A stretch of 64,000 bases of DNA. It comes from Tubiluchus corallicola. Its lineage: Eukaryota > Animalia > Priapulida. Shown here one piece after another: positions 1-13,500 of this stretch (the stretch's first letter is position 1; the number at the start of each line of letters is the position of its first letter). The stretch is from contig JAQGDQ010000180.1 of the NCBI GenBank assembly GCA_030141605.1, forward strand, positions 186,001 through 250,000. The letters run 5' to 3'. A model generated the notes under the pieces. It ran no database searches. It had not been told where the DNA came from and was given only the letters and a program-made list of their open reading frames with translations. Both the position numbers and the translations under genes were made by a program.

Positions 1-1402
1 AGACCAGAAAAAAGACCCAACACAAGGTAAGAAGAATTAAATATACACCTATCTTGCCCAGCTACGTCAACAGCAATAGCGGATAAGTGTGATCCATTGA
101 AACAGCAAGAAACCAGGCGGAAACGAGTATCACTTGACAACACAACATCCGAAGCAGCCCCTACGCCCACTAGAGATCCGTATAGACCTGTCACGTTCAC
201 CCTAATGATTCACGATGGTTGATGTTTTGCTACAACATGGCAACGTTATCACAGAAGCATGGCGGCTAGCGTAACCCACCATGAAGCCACAACCCTACAG
301 CTACTACTACTTGCTGGCTTCCCTACTCGGAAAGGCTTCACCAGAAAAAGCGCCAGTGGAGCGGATCCAGCAGTAGGGAGCTCGGAAAAAGAGGATCGTT
401 TAATAGATTTTTAAACAACGTCACGATTTCTTATTAAGAAACAGAGTTATTTTTGACTACGGGGGAAAATAATTCCGCATAATATCAAAGATGCTAGTGA
501 GAAGAAGATGACAAGAGATGGAGATGAAGAGAGAGGGTGGCGATCTTGTATAATTAGTTACTCTCGCAGCTGCTAACTTACAGGATGCTGACTGATTGGT
601 GTCACTGCACTCGTAGAGCTTTTAATCGGAAAAAGATAAGACACATTATGAAACAGTAAAAGAGGGTTTTCCAAGAGGCGGCGGATGTTAAATAGAGCAA
701 GTTATCCAGCTGTACAAATAACCCGACGTTTGACCTCTTTGTCTGGTAGTACCACATTCACATTTATTACAGACTTGTCTTAGAAAACTTACCAGCTTTG
801 AACTTTTTGTCGCTTCTTGCTGGTCATTGCTCTTATCTGACACTCGATTGAAAAACTAATCAATTAGTCGACTAACCGACCGACTAAGTGGCGAACCAAC
901 CCATCAGTGACGCACCAATTTCGCATACATTTAAAACACAACAACGTGGACAATTGCAAATATACAGTTAGATATTTATTTATTAGTGTCAAAAATACAT
1001 ACACTACATACAAAAAACAAGACGTACACACAACTTCAATTTTGAAATATAGTGACGCTGCAGATAAACAAAACAATTACTGATAAAACAAATATTATTA
1101 AATGTTCCTGTTAGTTATTTAAAAGAAAAGTTTAACGATTAGTATTTAAAATAAACAGTCATTCATTAGGCCTCATTTTCAACGATATGGCCATTACATA
1201 GTACATTGTTCACCATGTCTTAAAATGTTTTTTAACAAAATCAATAAATGCCTTAATTATTTCTAAATCATTACTTGCCAATTATACAGCTACAAGATAA
1301 TTATTTCGAACGTTCTTTCACGAACTTTGCAGTTGTGTGTGGAAAGGCACTAGTGAAAAAACAGCGTTCACATGGGTATCACATTTCCTAACTTTGTTGT
1401 AG

Positions 1403-2070
1403 TTAAAGCACAAGAAAACCCTCCACTTACATAAAGCTTAAAAAATTCGTCTCGAAATTTTATACCACTTACATACTACCTTTTCGTATGCATGGCTTGC
1501 ATCAGAGGTAACGCTGCGTCAAACGTGTAAATTTAAACTCCCGCGATGACCCAAAGGCGCAGCCATTTTAATGGTAGGTCGTTTGAAACAAGTTTTCATA
1601 ACATTGAGTAAAGTTTGAAAAAATAATTTGAGCATTCATGGCATACATGTTACTAATTAAGTAAATTTTTAAATTACTGTATCTTGTCAATAAGATTAAA
1701 AATAAGTTTTTGGTTAGTGAGTGGCGCACCCTGGAGGGTGAGTCAGCGACATGTTACTAATTGGCACAAAGATTTTAAATGATTAGTCTAGTTACACAAG
1801 CATTTCCAGCCAGCTAAGTAATATAGATTTGCACGGAAAGTTTTCTGGGTCATAATTTAACATTTCCTTTTCTTCACCTGATTTACGTGGCGTAGTGACG
1901 TCATGTAATGGCGCCGTCGGAACAGTATTGCGGGAGATTTAAAATGAAAACAAACGAAAATTCCTTTCAACACGAATATGATATGTGCATAAAATTGCTG
2001 CAAAGTGGTATATTTTTTTAAGGCGATTTTTCTGAAACCTAGTTCAGGTACCACCTTTCTTGTCCTTTAA
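1403..2070. mobile_element. Kolobok-like MITE (TTAA target site, AG(G/C)ACAAGAA termini)
   Basis: TTAA-AGCACAAGAAAA...TTTCTTGTCCT-TTAA. Inverted full copy at 28265-28924; partial copies near 6745-6970, 43255-43550 and 59290-59700. Confidence 0.7.
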
Positions 2071-2362
2071 ATACAAAGGCGCGTTTCAGTAACTGCCGAG
2101 CGCCACACGTGAAAATGAAAATCAAACTCGAAACTTTCTGCAAAATTCATCTACATAATGTCACCTGCCGGTTATATTAGCATCTGTTTCATAATAAGAT
2201 CGCATTTGCAATGACGCAGATTAATTTAATATTTTTCAATTTTTTTTATTCAAAATCGCATTTATGTTTTTGCTCTAGTAGAACATTCGATAACCTACAT
2301 AACTGCTTCGCGTTAATGAAGCAACTTTCACATTAAAGGAAATGCCAAGTCATCAAGCGATC

Positions 2363-3434
2363 AAAATGAAGATTAGATTCACAAGAGATGATGACGAAAA
2401 TGAAGATTAGATTCACAAGAGATGGTGGTGGTGAAAATGAAGATTAGATTCACATGAGATGATGATGAAAATGAAGATTAGATTCACATGAGATGATGAT
2501 GAAAATGAAGATTAGATTCACATGAGATGATGATGAAAATGAAGATTAGATTCACAAGAGATGATGATGAAAATGAAGATTAGATTCACAAGAGATGATC
2601 ACGAAAATGAAGATTAGATTCACAAGAGATGGTGGTGAAAATGAAGATTAGATTCACATGAGATGATGATGAAAATGATGATTCGATTCACATGAGATGA
2701 TGACGAAAATGATCATTCGATTCACATGAGATGATGATGAAAATGAAGATTAGATTCACATGAGATGACGATGAAAATGAAGATTAGATTCACATGAGAT
2801 GATGATGAAAATGATGTTTCGATTCACATGAGATGATGACGAAAATGAATATTCGATTCACATGCGATGATGATGAAAATGATGATTCGATTCATATGAG
2901 ATGACGATGAAAATGAAGATTAGATTCATATGAGATGATGATGAAAATGATGATTCGATTCACATGAGATGATGATGAAAATGATGATTAGATGATGATG
3001 AAAATGAAGATTAGATTAGCAGGAGATGATGATGAAAATGAAGATTAGATTCACATGAGATGATGATGAAAATGATGATTCGATTCACATGAGATGATGG
3101 TGAAAATGAAGATTAGATTCACATGAGATGATGATGAAAATGAAGATTAGATTCACAAGAGATGGTGATGAAAATGAAGATTAGATTCACATGAGATGAT
3201 GATGAAAATGGAGATTAGATTCACATGAGATGATGATGAAAATGAAGATTAGATTCACATGAGATGATGATGAAAATGAAGATTAGATTCACAAGAGATG
3301 ATGATGAAAATGAAGATTAGATTCACATGAGATGATGATGAAAATGTAGATTAGATTCACAAGAGATGATGATGAAAATGAAGAGTAGATTCACAAGAGA
3401 TGATGATGAAAATGAAGATTAGATTCACAAGAGA
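2363..3434. repeat. 34-bp minisatellite, ~31 copies
   Basis: Unit ATGATGATGAAAATGAAGATTAGATTCACA(T/A)GAG. Confidence 0.95.
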
Positions 3435-4339
3435 ACGTAAAGAGAAACAGATCAATCAGCCGAGTCACAATAACCTTAGTACTTCTTCTATACTTCTTGT
3501 CATAATACTTCTTCTACTTCTTCTACAAAGTTTCTATTCATCAATGCTGGGTACGTTTGTTGACCTTTCAGCAGCTCCATTTTTTCGATGGCAGTAGCCG
3601 TTCGCCCCGTAAGCTGGCAGAAAAACAAAGTCATGTTCTTCGTTCCAATCTTTTCATGCAACCTAAACCTTAAGCATACAATCTTTATCCGCTAATCCCA
3701 TCCTTGCATCTGCCCAACAACAAGGTCAGAAAGCAGCAGCTGTTCTCAATCATCTTATTTGGACCACGTCGGGCTTCCCGTGTAAAACAAACCAGCAAAA
3801 AACGCTGGCTTCGTGTGGTTCTTGTAGAAGCGGAAAATCCTTTCCAGCGGGCGGCAAAAGCAGTGGCGGGCGCTATCTACGCCGTTAACGTCTAATTACC
3901 TGCCACCAGGAACCACGATAATGGCCTTGAGTTATGATGCACTTATGGCTGCTAAATCACAGCATTTTATATAACCGTTAAACCTTTGAGGATTTGGGTA
4001 GTCACAAATTTGAGAAATTTTTGAGGAATAAATAAGTTCCTTTATGCATTCATTTACAAGGCTTTTGATTGTTGGTTCACACTTTGAAATCTTCTATTTG
4101 AGAACTTCTACGTGGAGTTAGCCAACAACACAGAGAACGAATTTAAACAGATTCTTGGTGATACTGAATTTCTATAATGCTTTAAGTTATTAAAATTATA
4201 AAACCTACTAAAAGAATATCAATATAATAGGTTTCAACTTCCAAATTATGCATCTGATGCTAATTACACTGACTCAACTTTCATCTACCCCTGCCCCTAA
4301 TCTATATAAATGATTAAGAATATAAAATTTATGTAATGT

Positions 4340-4645
4340 AATGTTGTTTTATAAAAGTATTTTAATGTCATGTTTGTAAATATGTCCATTGTAAAATGTC
4401 ATTGCAAAATTTAATGTACTTTTGTAATATTGTTTTGTAAAAGTATTTTAATGTCATGTTTGTAAATATGTCCATTGTAAAATGTCATTGCAAAATTTAA
4501 TGTACTTTTGTAATATTGTTTTGCAAAAGTATTTTAATGTTGTGTTTGTAAATATGTCGATTGTAAAATGTCATTGCAAAATTTAATGTACTCTTGTAAT
4601 ATTGTTTTGTAAAAGTATTTTAATGTCGTGTTTGTAAATATGTTC
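4340..4645. repeat. 86-bp tandem repeat, ~3.5 copies
   Basis: AAAAGTATTTTAATGT recurs every 86 bp. Confidence 0.85.
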
Positions 4646-5693
4646 ATTTATTGCAAATAATTATACCTTAGTTTTGCATTTTAGTTTTTTTGGTCTGCAC
4701 TGGACACATTTGTCTTGAACAGTGTTGTTATTTTAACATTACGCTGAGGCTTATCCAATTTTATTATAATAATGAGTGATGCATTTTAACGACAAATAAA
4801 GAATAATATAATAAAAAATAAATAATACTATGACGATGATGGTAAAGTTTCAGCATTTATTCCACAGTGCACAGGTATATGCAGTCATACAGTAACTAAA
4901 TTGAAAGACACAAGATTTTTCAGCAGAGCTCTTCAGTGTCTACTTCTGTAATTACAGCAAAATATTAGGTAAAAGCAGAAAACTAAAATTGTTGTTGAAA
5001 GCAGCCATGTTTGTTACTGAATAAAATTAGTACTAGATTCAGTAACTAAAACAGAGAGAAGTTAATAGCATGTTCTTTTTGTCTACATAGAATTGGATCT
5101 TTAAAATTTATGATTATTGCTTCCAAAATTACCATCATGGTCTTAGTATTATTCAAAGCATTCGAGAATGAATTGTTAGATAATTTGCATCTTTTAACTG
5201 TTACAAATAATAGCTACTGTATTTACAAAATGCTACTGCATTGCCTATAGCGCTTGCGAGCACACGTAATCACATTCAGTGCTGCTGTTTACAGTTATCA
5301 TGAGCGAAAGCGGTTTTTTTGCTCCAAACAAAAACAAACAGCAAAAACAAACTTGCTCTTGAAACTTCTCTCAAATGTCAGCGATTAACCCTTTCTTAAA
5401 ATGCCAACAATTAATCACGAAAGTCGTTAATAAGCCGCGTATTGGCTCGTGCAAGCGCCATCTGTTGAGCGACAAATCAGCAACATTTTGAAGGAAATAT
5501 ATGCAATAGCGTAGCTAGCTACGGTACGTTATTAAACACTAATCGAATTTTTACTAAATTAGAAAGTCTAGAAAATGATCTGTACCTCATTTGGGCCTCC
5601 AACTGGGCAACTATGATAGTTTGGAACTACAGAGAAGCACTCCGATTTTTCAGACTTATAATTTTACGCTGTAAGTTAGATATAACACAAATA

Positions 5694-6020
5694 AGTTAGC
5701 CAAAGTTAGTCAAAGTCAGCCAAAAGTTAGACAAAGTCAACCAACAGTTAGACAAAGTCGGCCAAAAGTTAGTCAAACTCAGCCAAAAGTTAGTCGAAGT
5801 CAGTCAAAAGTTAGTCAAAGTCAGCCAAAAGTTAGTCAAAGTCAGCCACAAATTAGTCAAAGTCGGCCAAAAATTAGCCAAAGTCAGCCAAAAGTTAGTC
5901 AAAGTCAGCCAAAAATTAGCCAAAATCAGCCAAAAGTTAGTCAAAGTCAGCCACAAATTAGTCAAAGTCGGCCAAAAATTAGCCAAAGTCAGCCAAAAGT
6001 TAGTCAAAGTCAGCCAAAAG
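5694..6020. repeat. 21-bp minisatellite, ~15 copies
   Basis: Unit AGCCAAAAGTTAGTCAAAGTC. Confidence 0.95.
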
Positions 6021-8029
6021 TGGTTTATATTTTTTGGTGTGTGAAAAGGGCATTAGATAAGCCATAATCCAACAGCATAAGAAGCCCAGCACTGCCCAGT
6101 TGGTTCCTTGATTTAGAACAGCAGAATAAGCATTTTCAGAGTTCCAGCGATTGATGATGATCATGAAAAGGTGAAAGGTTAAGTGTACCAGACAACGCAT
6201 TTGTGTACACTTGACAACGCCTCGCAGCCCATGCTATTGTAATAGTAACAGTTTCAACAGGTAGCTAGAACCTTGCCTAGATCATTTTTTCTTGTTCCAA
6301 AGCAAGATCATGCTAGTAAATCACTCTATGCACTGACTAATGCATAACTAAGTAAAGTCCACATAAAACAACCAAGGTTACTGAACTAATGCGGCAGACA
6401 GCTTTGCTGCGGTACACTGAATCTTTGACCTACAGCAACTGCGCGTGCGCGTAACGAAACTGTGAAAATGTTTACTGGTTATTAAGCGTTGCTCAAACTA
6501 ATAAAACACCCCACGTGTGAAGGAAGAACATGCCTCAATACTTTACGAGTTTCACTTTGCAGTCTAGACATCACTGATGTTATGAAACTCAGCTGACTAC
6601 AATAAATTATCTCAATTTCGAAAAATCAAAACAAACTGATCCTACTGACCTTGTCGTAATGAAGAACAGACGAGCTACGAAGCTTCTGTGGCAAAAGACG
6701 AAAATAATTATATATCAGTGAATGGGTTAAGGATTAGTTAGGTTTAAAGGGCAAGAAAAGGGACACCCGAAGTAGGCTTCAGAAAAATCGCCTTCAAAAA
6801 TTATACTACTTTACAGCAATTTTATGCGTATATCGTATTCGCGTTTAAAGGAATTTTTGTTTGTTTTCATTTTAAATCTCTCACAATGCTGTTCCGACCG
6901 CGCCATTACATGATGTCATATATGCACAAACGTAAATCAGGGGAAGAAAAGGAAATGTTTCTTCCCCTGAATTCTTTGCATGAGATTTTAATTTAATATT
7001 TTAGCAAAAGAATGCAATACTTTCATATTCATGTAAAAAGCGCATTTTACAACACACCACAGGCAGTTACTGAAAGCAGGGTCTATATAAGTGGTTCTAC
7101 AACGTAACAAACTATTACAAGGTATTACACAACAAGCAGTTGTGCAGCCTGCTTGAATATAAGCGCTATGCAAATACATGTAATTAATAATGACCACGTA
7201 GAAATTAGGTTAATAGTATTTCTAATACACCACAAGTAATTGTTTGATCCGCTCTCTACATAAACAACCATAAATTGACTGTCAGATTAACATACAAAGG
7301 ATAAATTAATGTTACTCATTATTATGACTAATTATAACAAGCTGATAATCAAATTGATGGAATCGCGAGCTGCATGACAAAAACAAACATCAATAGAAAA
7401 AAATCAGCGAAATTAATAAAAATCAATAATTTTCTCACCTAAGTAACGAAACAGGACAAAAAGGGGCAACTGCAGTTCAACACACAACAGCCTCGCACAA
7501 ACTGTTGAAACTTCTGACAGATCAGTGGTGAAAAATTCTCATAACAAATCCGTTTGGGATGCGCAGGAAACATAAACTCTCCAGGATTTTGATGGCAACG
7601 AGCCGGGAGAGCAGCAGACGTTCATGATTTCATAAAAGCAGAATCCAGAGAAGCCCAGGGCAGTGTGAACGCAACGGAAAAATCAATAGTATCAGATATG
7701 CGAAGTTTTTATTGCGTCAATAAACCTACTTGTTCATTCTAAGATAAGTTAACAGCTTCTATAATAAAATCATGGGATCAATTTACCGTTGTCACGGAAT
7801 CTTTAGAATGAACAGTGCTGAGGCAGATCCATTTTACATTAGAATGAAAGAAATCAGACCAATGAAAGGGCATTTCTATTTAAGGAGCATATTTGAGAAA
7901 TGTATTGGGAAGGCATTGTTATCCCACCTATGCAATGGTCCATAGTGTCTTCATGGAAAATTCCAGCCTCTTACAATGGAAACTGCAGCCTGTAATAGCT
8001 TTCAAAGACAAATGTGACAATGACGATTA

Positions 8030-8205
8030 TGACAGCAACACCAACAGCAACAACAACAGCAACACCAGCAGCAGCAACAGCAACAACAACAGCAAGAGCA
8101 GCAGCAGCAACAACAACAACAGCAACCAACAACAGCAACAGCAGCACAAAAACAACAACAACAAACATCAACAACAACAACATCAACAACAACAGCAACA
8201 GCAAC
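8030..8205. repeat. (CAA/CAG)n microsatellite
   Basis: Direct inspection. Confidence 0.9.
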
Positions 8206-8889
8206 ATGACGAAGTTTTCGGAACCTGATCCAAAAAATGATACTGGAGGAATGAGATCAGTACCAACTGTAGAGTAATGGTACACAAGACATATATGCAC
8301 CAATAGCTACATTGCTTTCCCAACAATGTAGTGTGTTGTTCAAACAAATGCCTTAGACATTAACGAAGTGGCCATTGTTACATACGTAAATCATTAAAAG
8401 CGTATCATGCTCTTACACTGTTTGTTCATTCACTAAGCATTACGGAACATTACAATTCAACAGAACTTCAATTGTTAATGGAATAAACCATTTATTCCCT
8501 AACAACCATAAACCAGTTTAAAACTAACCGGCTTCTTTTTCCGGACACTCAATTCCTACGAGCGGCAGAGATTCAAGAACATAAATTTTAGTGTCAATTA
8601 GAATTTCATGCAAGGCTCCTAAACACTAAGACCAATAAAACAATTAAGCGATTTTCACTGAAACTAAATTCTAGCTACTGCAGTAAAACATAAATCATTA
8701 AATCAATTAAAATGTAAACAGAAATACAATAACCACGATTCTTTGTTGTAATAAGGAGACGTAATGGTATGTTAACTATGCTTATGCAGAACTGTGGAAA
8801 AATTTCGGTAAATCTGGTACAAAAAACATCTAAATTTTTATTGAGTCCAAAGTCAGAAAGATAGCAAGTTGGACAATTATGGTAACTGT

Positions 8890-9438
8890 GGCTGGCATCC
8901 TTCTGTCTCGGAAGACAATGGAATGTGCGCCAAGAGAGTCAGTTATTGATACATTGATAGAGCTGCAGCGTCGACTGTGGTTGAGCAGTCCGATCCTTGA
9001 ACCAATGGAGTGGTCTCTCCAGGCTCACGCCTGGTCAAGGTGTATGGAAATCCTGAGTTGCCCAGATGACAGGAACCCCCTCTCTTCCTCCCTGGTGCAG
9101 TCCAAAGGAAAGCGGAGCGATATGTTTGGCACCAGATTGGCTGCAGGAGCTGCCGGAGTCAGTGAGCATGCTGTACTGGTCTGCCTTCGGGGCTCCACTC
9201 CTGATTTGGAAGGTTTACTCCTCTACACATGGCCGTTGGGTCACTTGATCTCCTCCGCCCTCTAGCCGTTGGCTGCTTGTGCAGCTCCTCTGCCTAGTGT
9301 CGAGATACAGTGTGGGCATCCTGCAAGCTTACAGCACCTAGTATTCCTAGGCAGTCACCCATCCAAGTACTAAAACAGGCTCTACATTGCTGAACTTCAG
9401 TGATCAGACAGAACCAGTGTTTTCAACGTGATATGGCC
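8890..9438 (-). mobile_element. 5S rRNA-derived SINE (SINE3) with RTE-LINE-derived body and 3' tail
   Basis: Perfect 11-bp TSD ATGGTAACTGT (8879-8889 and 9439-9449). 5S head at 9438-9325. The middle resembles RTE 5'UTR sequence (GGAGTAAACC..GGAGTGGAG..CTCCTGCAGCCAA.CTGGTGCCAAAC). The 3' end CCATTGTCTTCCGAGACAGAAGGATGCC is a typical RTE terminus. Confidence 0.85.
9325..9438 (-). pseudogene. 5S rRNA-derived sequence (SINE head), degenerate
   Basis: The reverse complement reads GGCCATATCACGTTGAAAACACTGGTTCTGTCTGATCACTGAAGTTCAGCAATG..TAGTACTTGGATGGGTGACTGCCTAGGAATACTAGGTGCTGTAAGC. It has many CpG-to-TpG changes and lacks the first few nucleotides. Confidence 0.88.
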
Positions 9439-9583
9439 ATGGTAACTGTATGTATCTAAACACCAACATTGCGACAACGAATGGACAGCAGCAAAGAGAC
9501 ACATGCAAGACAATGTCATACTTAATAACAAAACAACATTATTGAGTTTTATGGAAACTTTGCAGACTCAAAAAATTCCCTAC

Positions 9584-10293
9584 TTAACTCCTTCAGGACC
9601 GCACCATTCAAAATAGGTCTTATAAGACCCATGACTTTTCTGCCGCTGTACGGGCGCAGATATAACTAAATAATTGCAAATTAGGCACTGTTCGATTCAG
9701 GAGAAACACAGCTACCCAATCATGCTATTTGTTTAAACATTTATAACTGATTTAACTGGATAAAGTTAAGAAAAACAAATGCTTTCATGCCCTCCAACTT
9801 AGCCTATTGAGTAGTTTAGTCTGGTGTACACTTGCGTGATCGGATCGTACACGCTAACCTATTGATCACCTGCTTGCGAGCGTAAGAGGAATGTCTGCTG
9901 CACAAAGTTCCGGGAAAAATCAACCATTCAGCCAAGGAGAAATTAAGCTCTTCTCATCTTTTAACAGGAATTTCTTCCCAAAAATAGCGTAGATTTGAGG
10001 CCAAAGTGTATCGGTTGAAAATTTCTGCATTAGCCGATTTCACAACACAAGCGATACTGTACTTTATTACAGTGCAAACACTGCAGTTAATGAAATTTTT
10101 TTCAATTTATCTGTAACAAATCGACTTTTAATTTGTTTAAGGTATTTCATATATAATTTTGCGTGGAAATCTATTGTGTGAGGAGTAGAAACCTACAAAA
10201 ATTATCAAATATAACGTAATTGTTGCTTAGTGAGAGCAGTTTTTAATGACCCATGCAAAATGCAGCAAACGCTTCCAGTCCTGAGGCAGTTGA
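9584..10293. mobile_element. piggyBac-like MITE
   Basis: TTAA-CTCCTTCAGGACCG left end and a degenerate right end; inverted copy at 59823-60549. Confidence 0.65.
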
Positions 10294-10537
10294 ATAAAAA
10301 AGACTGTTTGTACAGCAGAAGGTGGTTTAATGGCGCCCAGAAACGAACAGTATGAAATTCGCATAACACAGCCAAAACTTAACACAATTATAAAAAATAA
10401 TTTAGACAAGATTCAAACAAAAAGGAATTTCAAAACAAATCTTTGACTAAAATCAGCCACGTAATCCTACTTGCAATTACAAAATGATCAATTTAAACAA
10501 ATATTTATATCAACTCACTCAAAGGATTACGTCTAAT

Positions 10538-13500
10538 CTACGATGAATCAGCAGTTTTCAACTCGCGTTCCTCGGACGACACCCATCGTCTTAGCAATAT
10601 CTCCTAAAAGATTATCATATTTCTCTTATAAAACAACATCATAACATCTGTAACTTATTATTATTAAAGAATTTATGTCATGGAAAAAAATTGCAGACGA
10701 CACTTTACACAGTATTTATTACACATGCGACAAATGTGGAGAAATTCCAATAAAAACCATCAACAAAATTTCAACAACAGTAGACGCCATCTTTTATTAG
10801 TCACACAATAGACATAAATATACATACACGGCTTACATCAAAATCTGGAAGCTGTCAAGAACTACGCCAGTAAGGCATATCTGGAGTTAAAGTGTTTTTT
10901 ACCCTGTTTGCATGGATCTGCCCTTGCAAACTGCTTCGTGAATGTAAATGTAGTGTTAAATTTGCATCGGGCTATTTTCAAACACTTAGCTAGGCTCTGC
11001 CTATATAAACTGGTTGTATGTTTACCAAATAGGTAATGGGATTCATAAAAGAAAGTTTATCTATGTACAATGATAAGCCTTCTCTTAATGCAGTTCAATT
11101 CCTTCAATTTTATTCTCAAGCTATTTGTTATTGTATCAATTTCTTTTCTTCAGGTCTGCTTAATTATTACCTATTTGGCTTTTGTAAAAACATAATTAAT
11201 GCATAATTTACTGTATCAATTTCTTTTCTTCAGGTCTGCTTAATCATTATCTATTTGGCTTTTGTAAATACATAATTAGCGCTTAAGTTACTGTACCAAT
11301 TTCTTTACTGGTCTGCTTATTCACTACTTTTTTGGCTTCTGTTAACCTCTTAAAGCAAAACCCAAGTGTCTCGGGAAGTTAAGCTTATTCTAATATTTGA
11401 CAAAAATGTTAGAAAGTTTCAGCAATGAAATTGTGATAATCACCTCATGTAATTAATAATTTCAATTTAAAATCGCGATCATTTCACGCTCGGGCGCCCG
11501 CTCATTTTGGTGAAAAATGGCTTCATCTGGTTACCGTGCAATATAAACATCTATTCTGCCAGGTGCTTAAGCAATCATTTTTTGACTTATAGAGCGATTT
11601 CTATAAACTAAGTAACCCACCTGGTACCTACTGTATGCTAGCAAGTTTACATGTGTACTTGAGTCAACAAAAGTCTGTAAATTAATTACATTTACGCAAT
11701 TAACGTATACTACTTACACATTTTACGGTGTAATCCTGTGGATTAAAGCCATGTAACAACTTTAAATTTGGTCATAATTGACCAAATGACATTTTTACAT
11801 AAACACAGTTAAATACTATGCTAGAATAACTGAACTTCTGACTGAACTATAGAAATTTCTTAACGCGTACTTTCATCAAAGCTTGCCTTCACAGCATTCA
11901 TGCTGCCCTGCAGTCACTACTTTACGTCATTTTTTTCAAATATGCCGGCAGCGACGTTCATTTGGCAGGAGATAAAAAATATTTAAACTTCTTTTACATT
12001 TTTAAGTAAAGATTCTATGAGTAAATCTTGTGTGGTGATTTCGATATTTTTAATTGGATATTAAAATGCAATAAATGTTGTTCGAGGGTTGGTTCTTCCT
12101 TCAACTGGTGCATAATAGACTCTGCCTATATAAACTGGTTGTATGTTTGCAAATTTACCACTGATGAATACAGCAGTAGTCTGTCGAAACGTTTGACATG
12201 ATTATAACTTTGTAAAGTAAAGGTTTTAACCAAGTAACTTCCGTAGTAAACTGCTAATGTGAACACCACAATTTTAGCATGTTTACCTGTACAGTAAACG
12301 ACGAAATACACGAGGGAGATGATAGCTCCGTTTCAGTGATGTTGGCTGGTTTAATCACGTGACATAAGACCACTTCCTGAAAGAAGACGGCAATATTTTA
12401 AAAGTTCTATACAATTATAAAATTTGAAGCTCTTACATCATTCATTCATGTGTATTTCTGTTGCAATTAACTAGCCTTATGTCTAGAGCCCAGTGCCGCG
12501 CTGTTTCAGCTGAGCTCCAGCTGGTTTATTTCTACAGTTGTCCTAGCCGGTAAGAGACTCAGCTTTAGTTGCGCCAGCCGCCGCCAGCAACTGACTCAGC
12601 TTCAGCCGAGCTAGCTGATTTACTGTGTTAGTCAGTTGATGTAATACCGACTACTCAGCTTCAGCCGAGCTAGCTGATTTACTGTGTGAGTCAGTTGATG
12701 TAGTAGCAACTGACTCAGCTTCAGCCGAGCTAGCTGATTTACTGTGAGAGTCAGCTGAAGTAGTAGCAACGGACTCAGATTCAGCCGAGCTAGCTGATAT
12801 ACTGTATGAATCAGCTGATGTAGTAGCAACTGACTCAGCTGTAGCTGAACTAGCTGATTTACTGTGTGAGTCAGTTGATGTAGTAGCAGTTGACTCAGCT
12901 TCAGTCTCTGCTTAAGCCATTTTAGAAAGGAAAAAAGTCAGTCAGAGCAAAAGATTGAGATTCAAAGAATACATCACTTGAGTTACAAAAATTTTATTAG
13001 CAAGTTGTTTTCTTCACAAGAGAAAGACGCATTTTGTTCAGATTTTTATAACAAACAGTTTGACTCTCAATAAACAATAAAACACTATGACACACGCAGA
13101 ATTTCGACTGACCTTTGCAACCTGCTCAGAAATTCTATTCAAAGCAGAAAGAGAATGCCATGATGCAGCCAACTCATTGCCAATAGGTTCAAATGTCTTA
13201 CCATCTAGATACTTTATCAGAACCGAGTAAGTGGAATGGTAGAAAGGGGGCCCATCTTTATACAAATCTAAAAAAACAAAAGAACTGACAAATAATGTTG
13301 CAAAACAGTGAAATAAAAATGTGAACCCTAAAAATACTGGCACACAACTCATTTTTTACAAATACATAACTCTTTCTTTTTCCCATAGATGGCACCAGTT
13401 GTTAGCAATGCTGTACCTTCAAAAATACAAAACTATAAATACTGATACAGCTCAATGTTTCCCATTACCCGCAGCTCAAATTATTACCTCCACAGCAAAA

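Noticed and set aside
2363-3434. CRISPR-like array
   Set aside because: Contiguous 34-bp tandem units without unique spacers, in a eukaryotic context.
7893-8303. PolyQ/N/T and poly-V/A ORFs
   Set aside because: They are translations of a CAA/CAG microsatellite, with no splice or homology support.
8879-9265. 128-aa plus-strand ORF
   Set aside because: Antisense to the 5S-RTE SINE body; its ATG comes from the TSD.
9325-9438. Functional 5S rRNA gene
   Set aside because: 5'-truncated, CpG-decayed, lacks a poly-T terminator and is fused to RTE sequence within a TSD.
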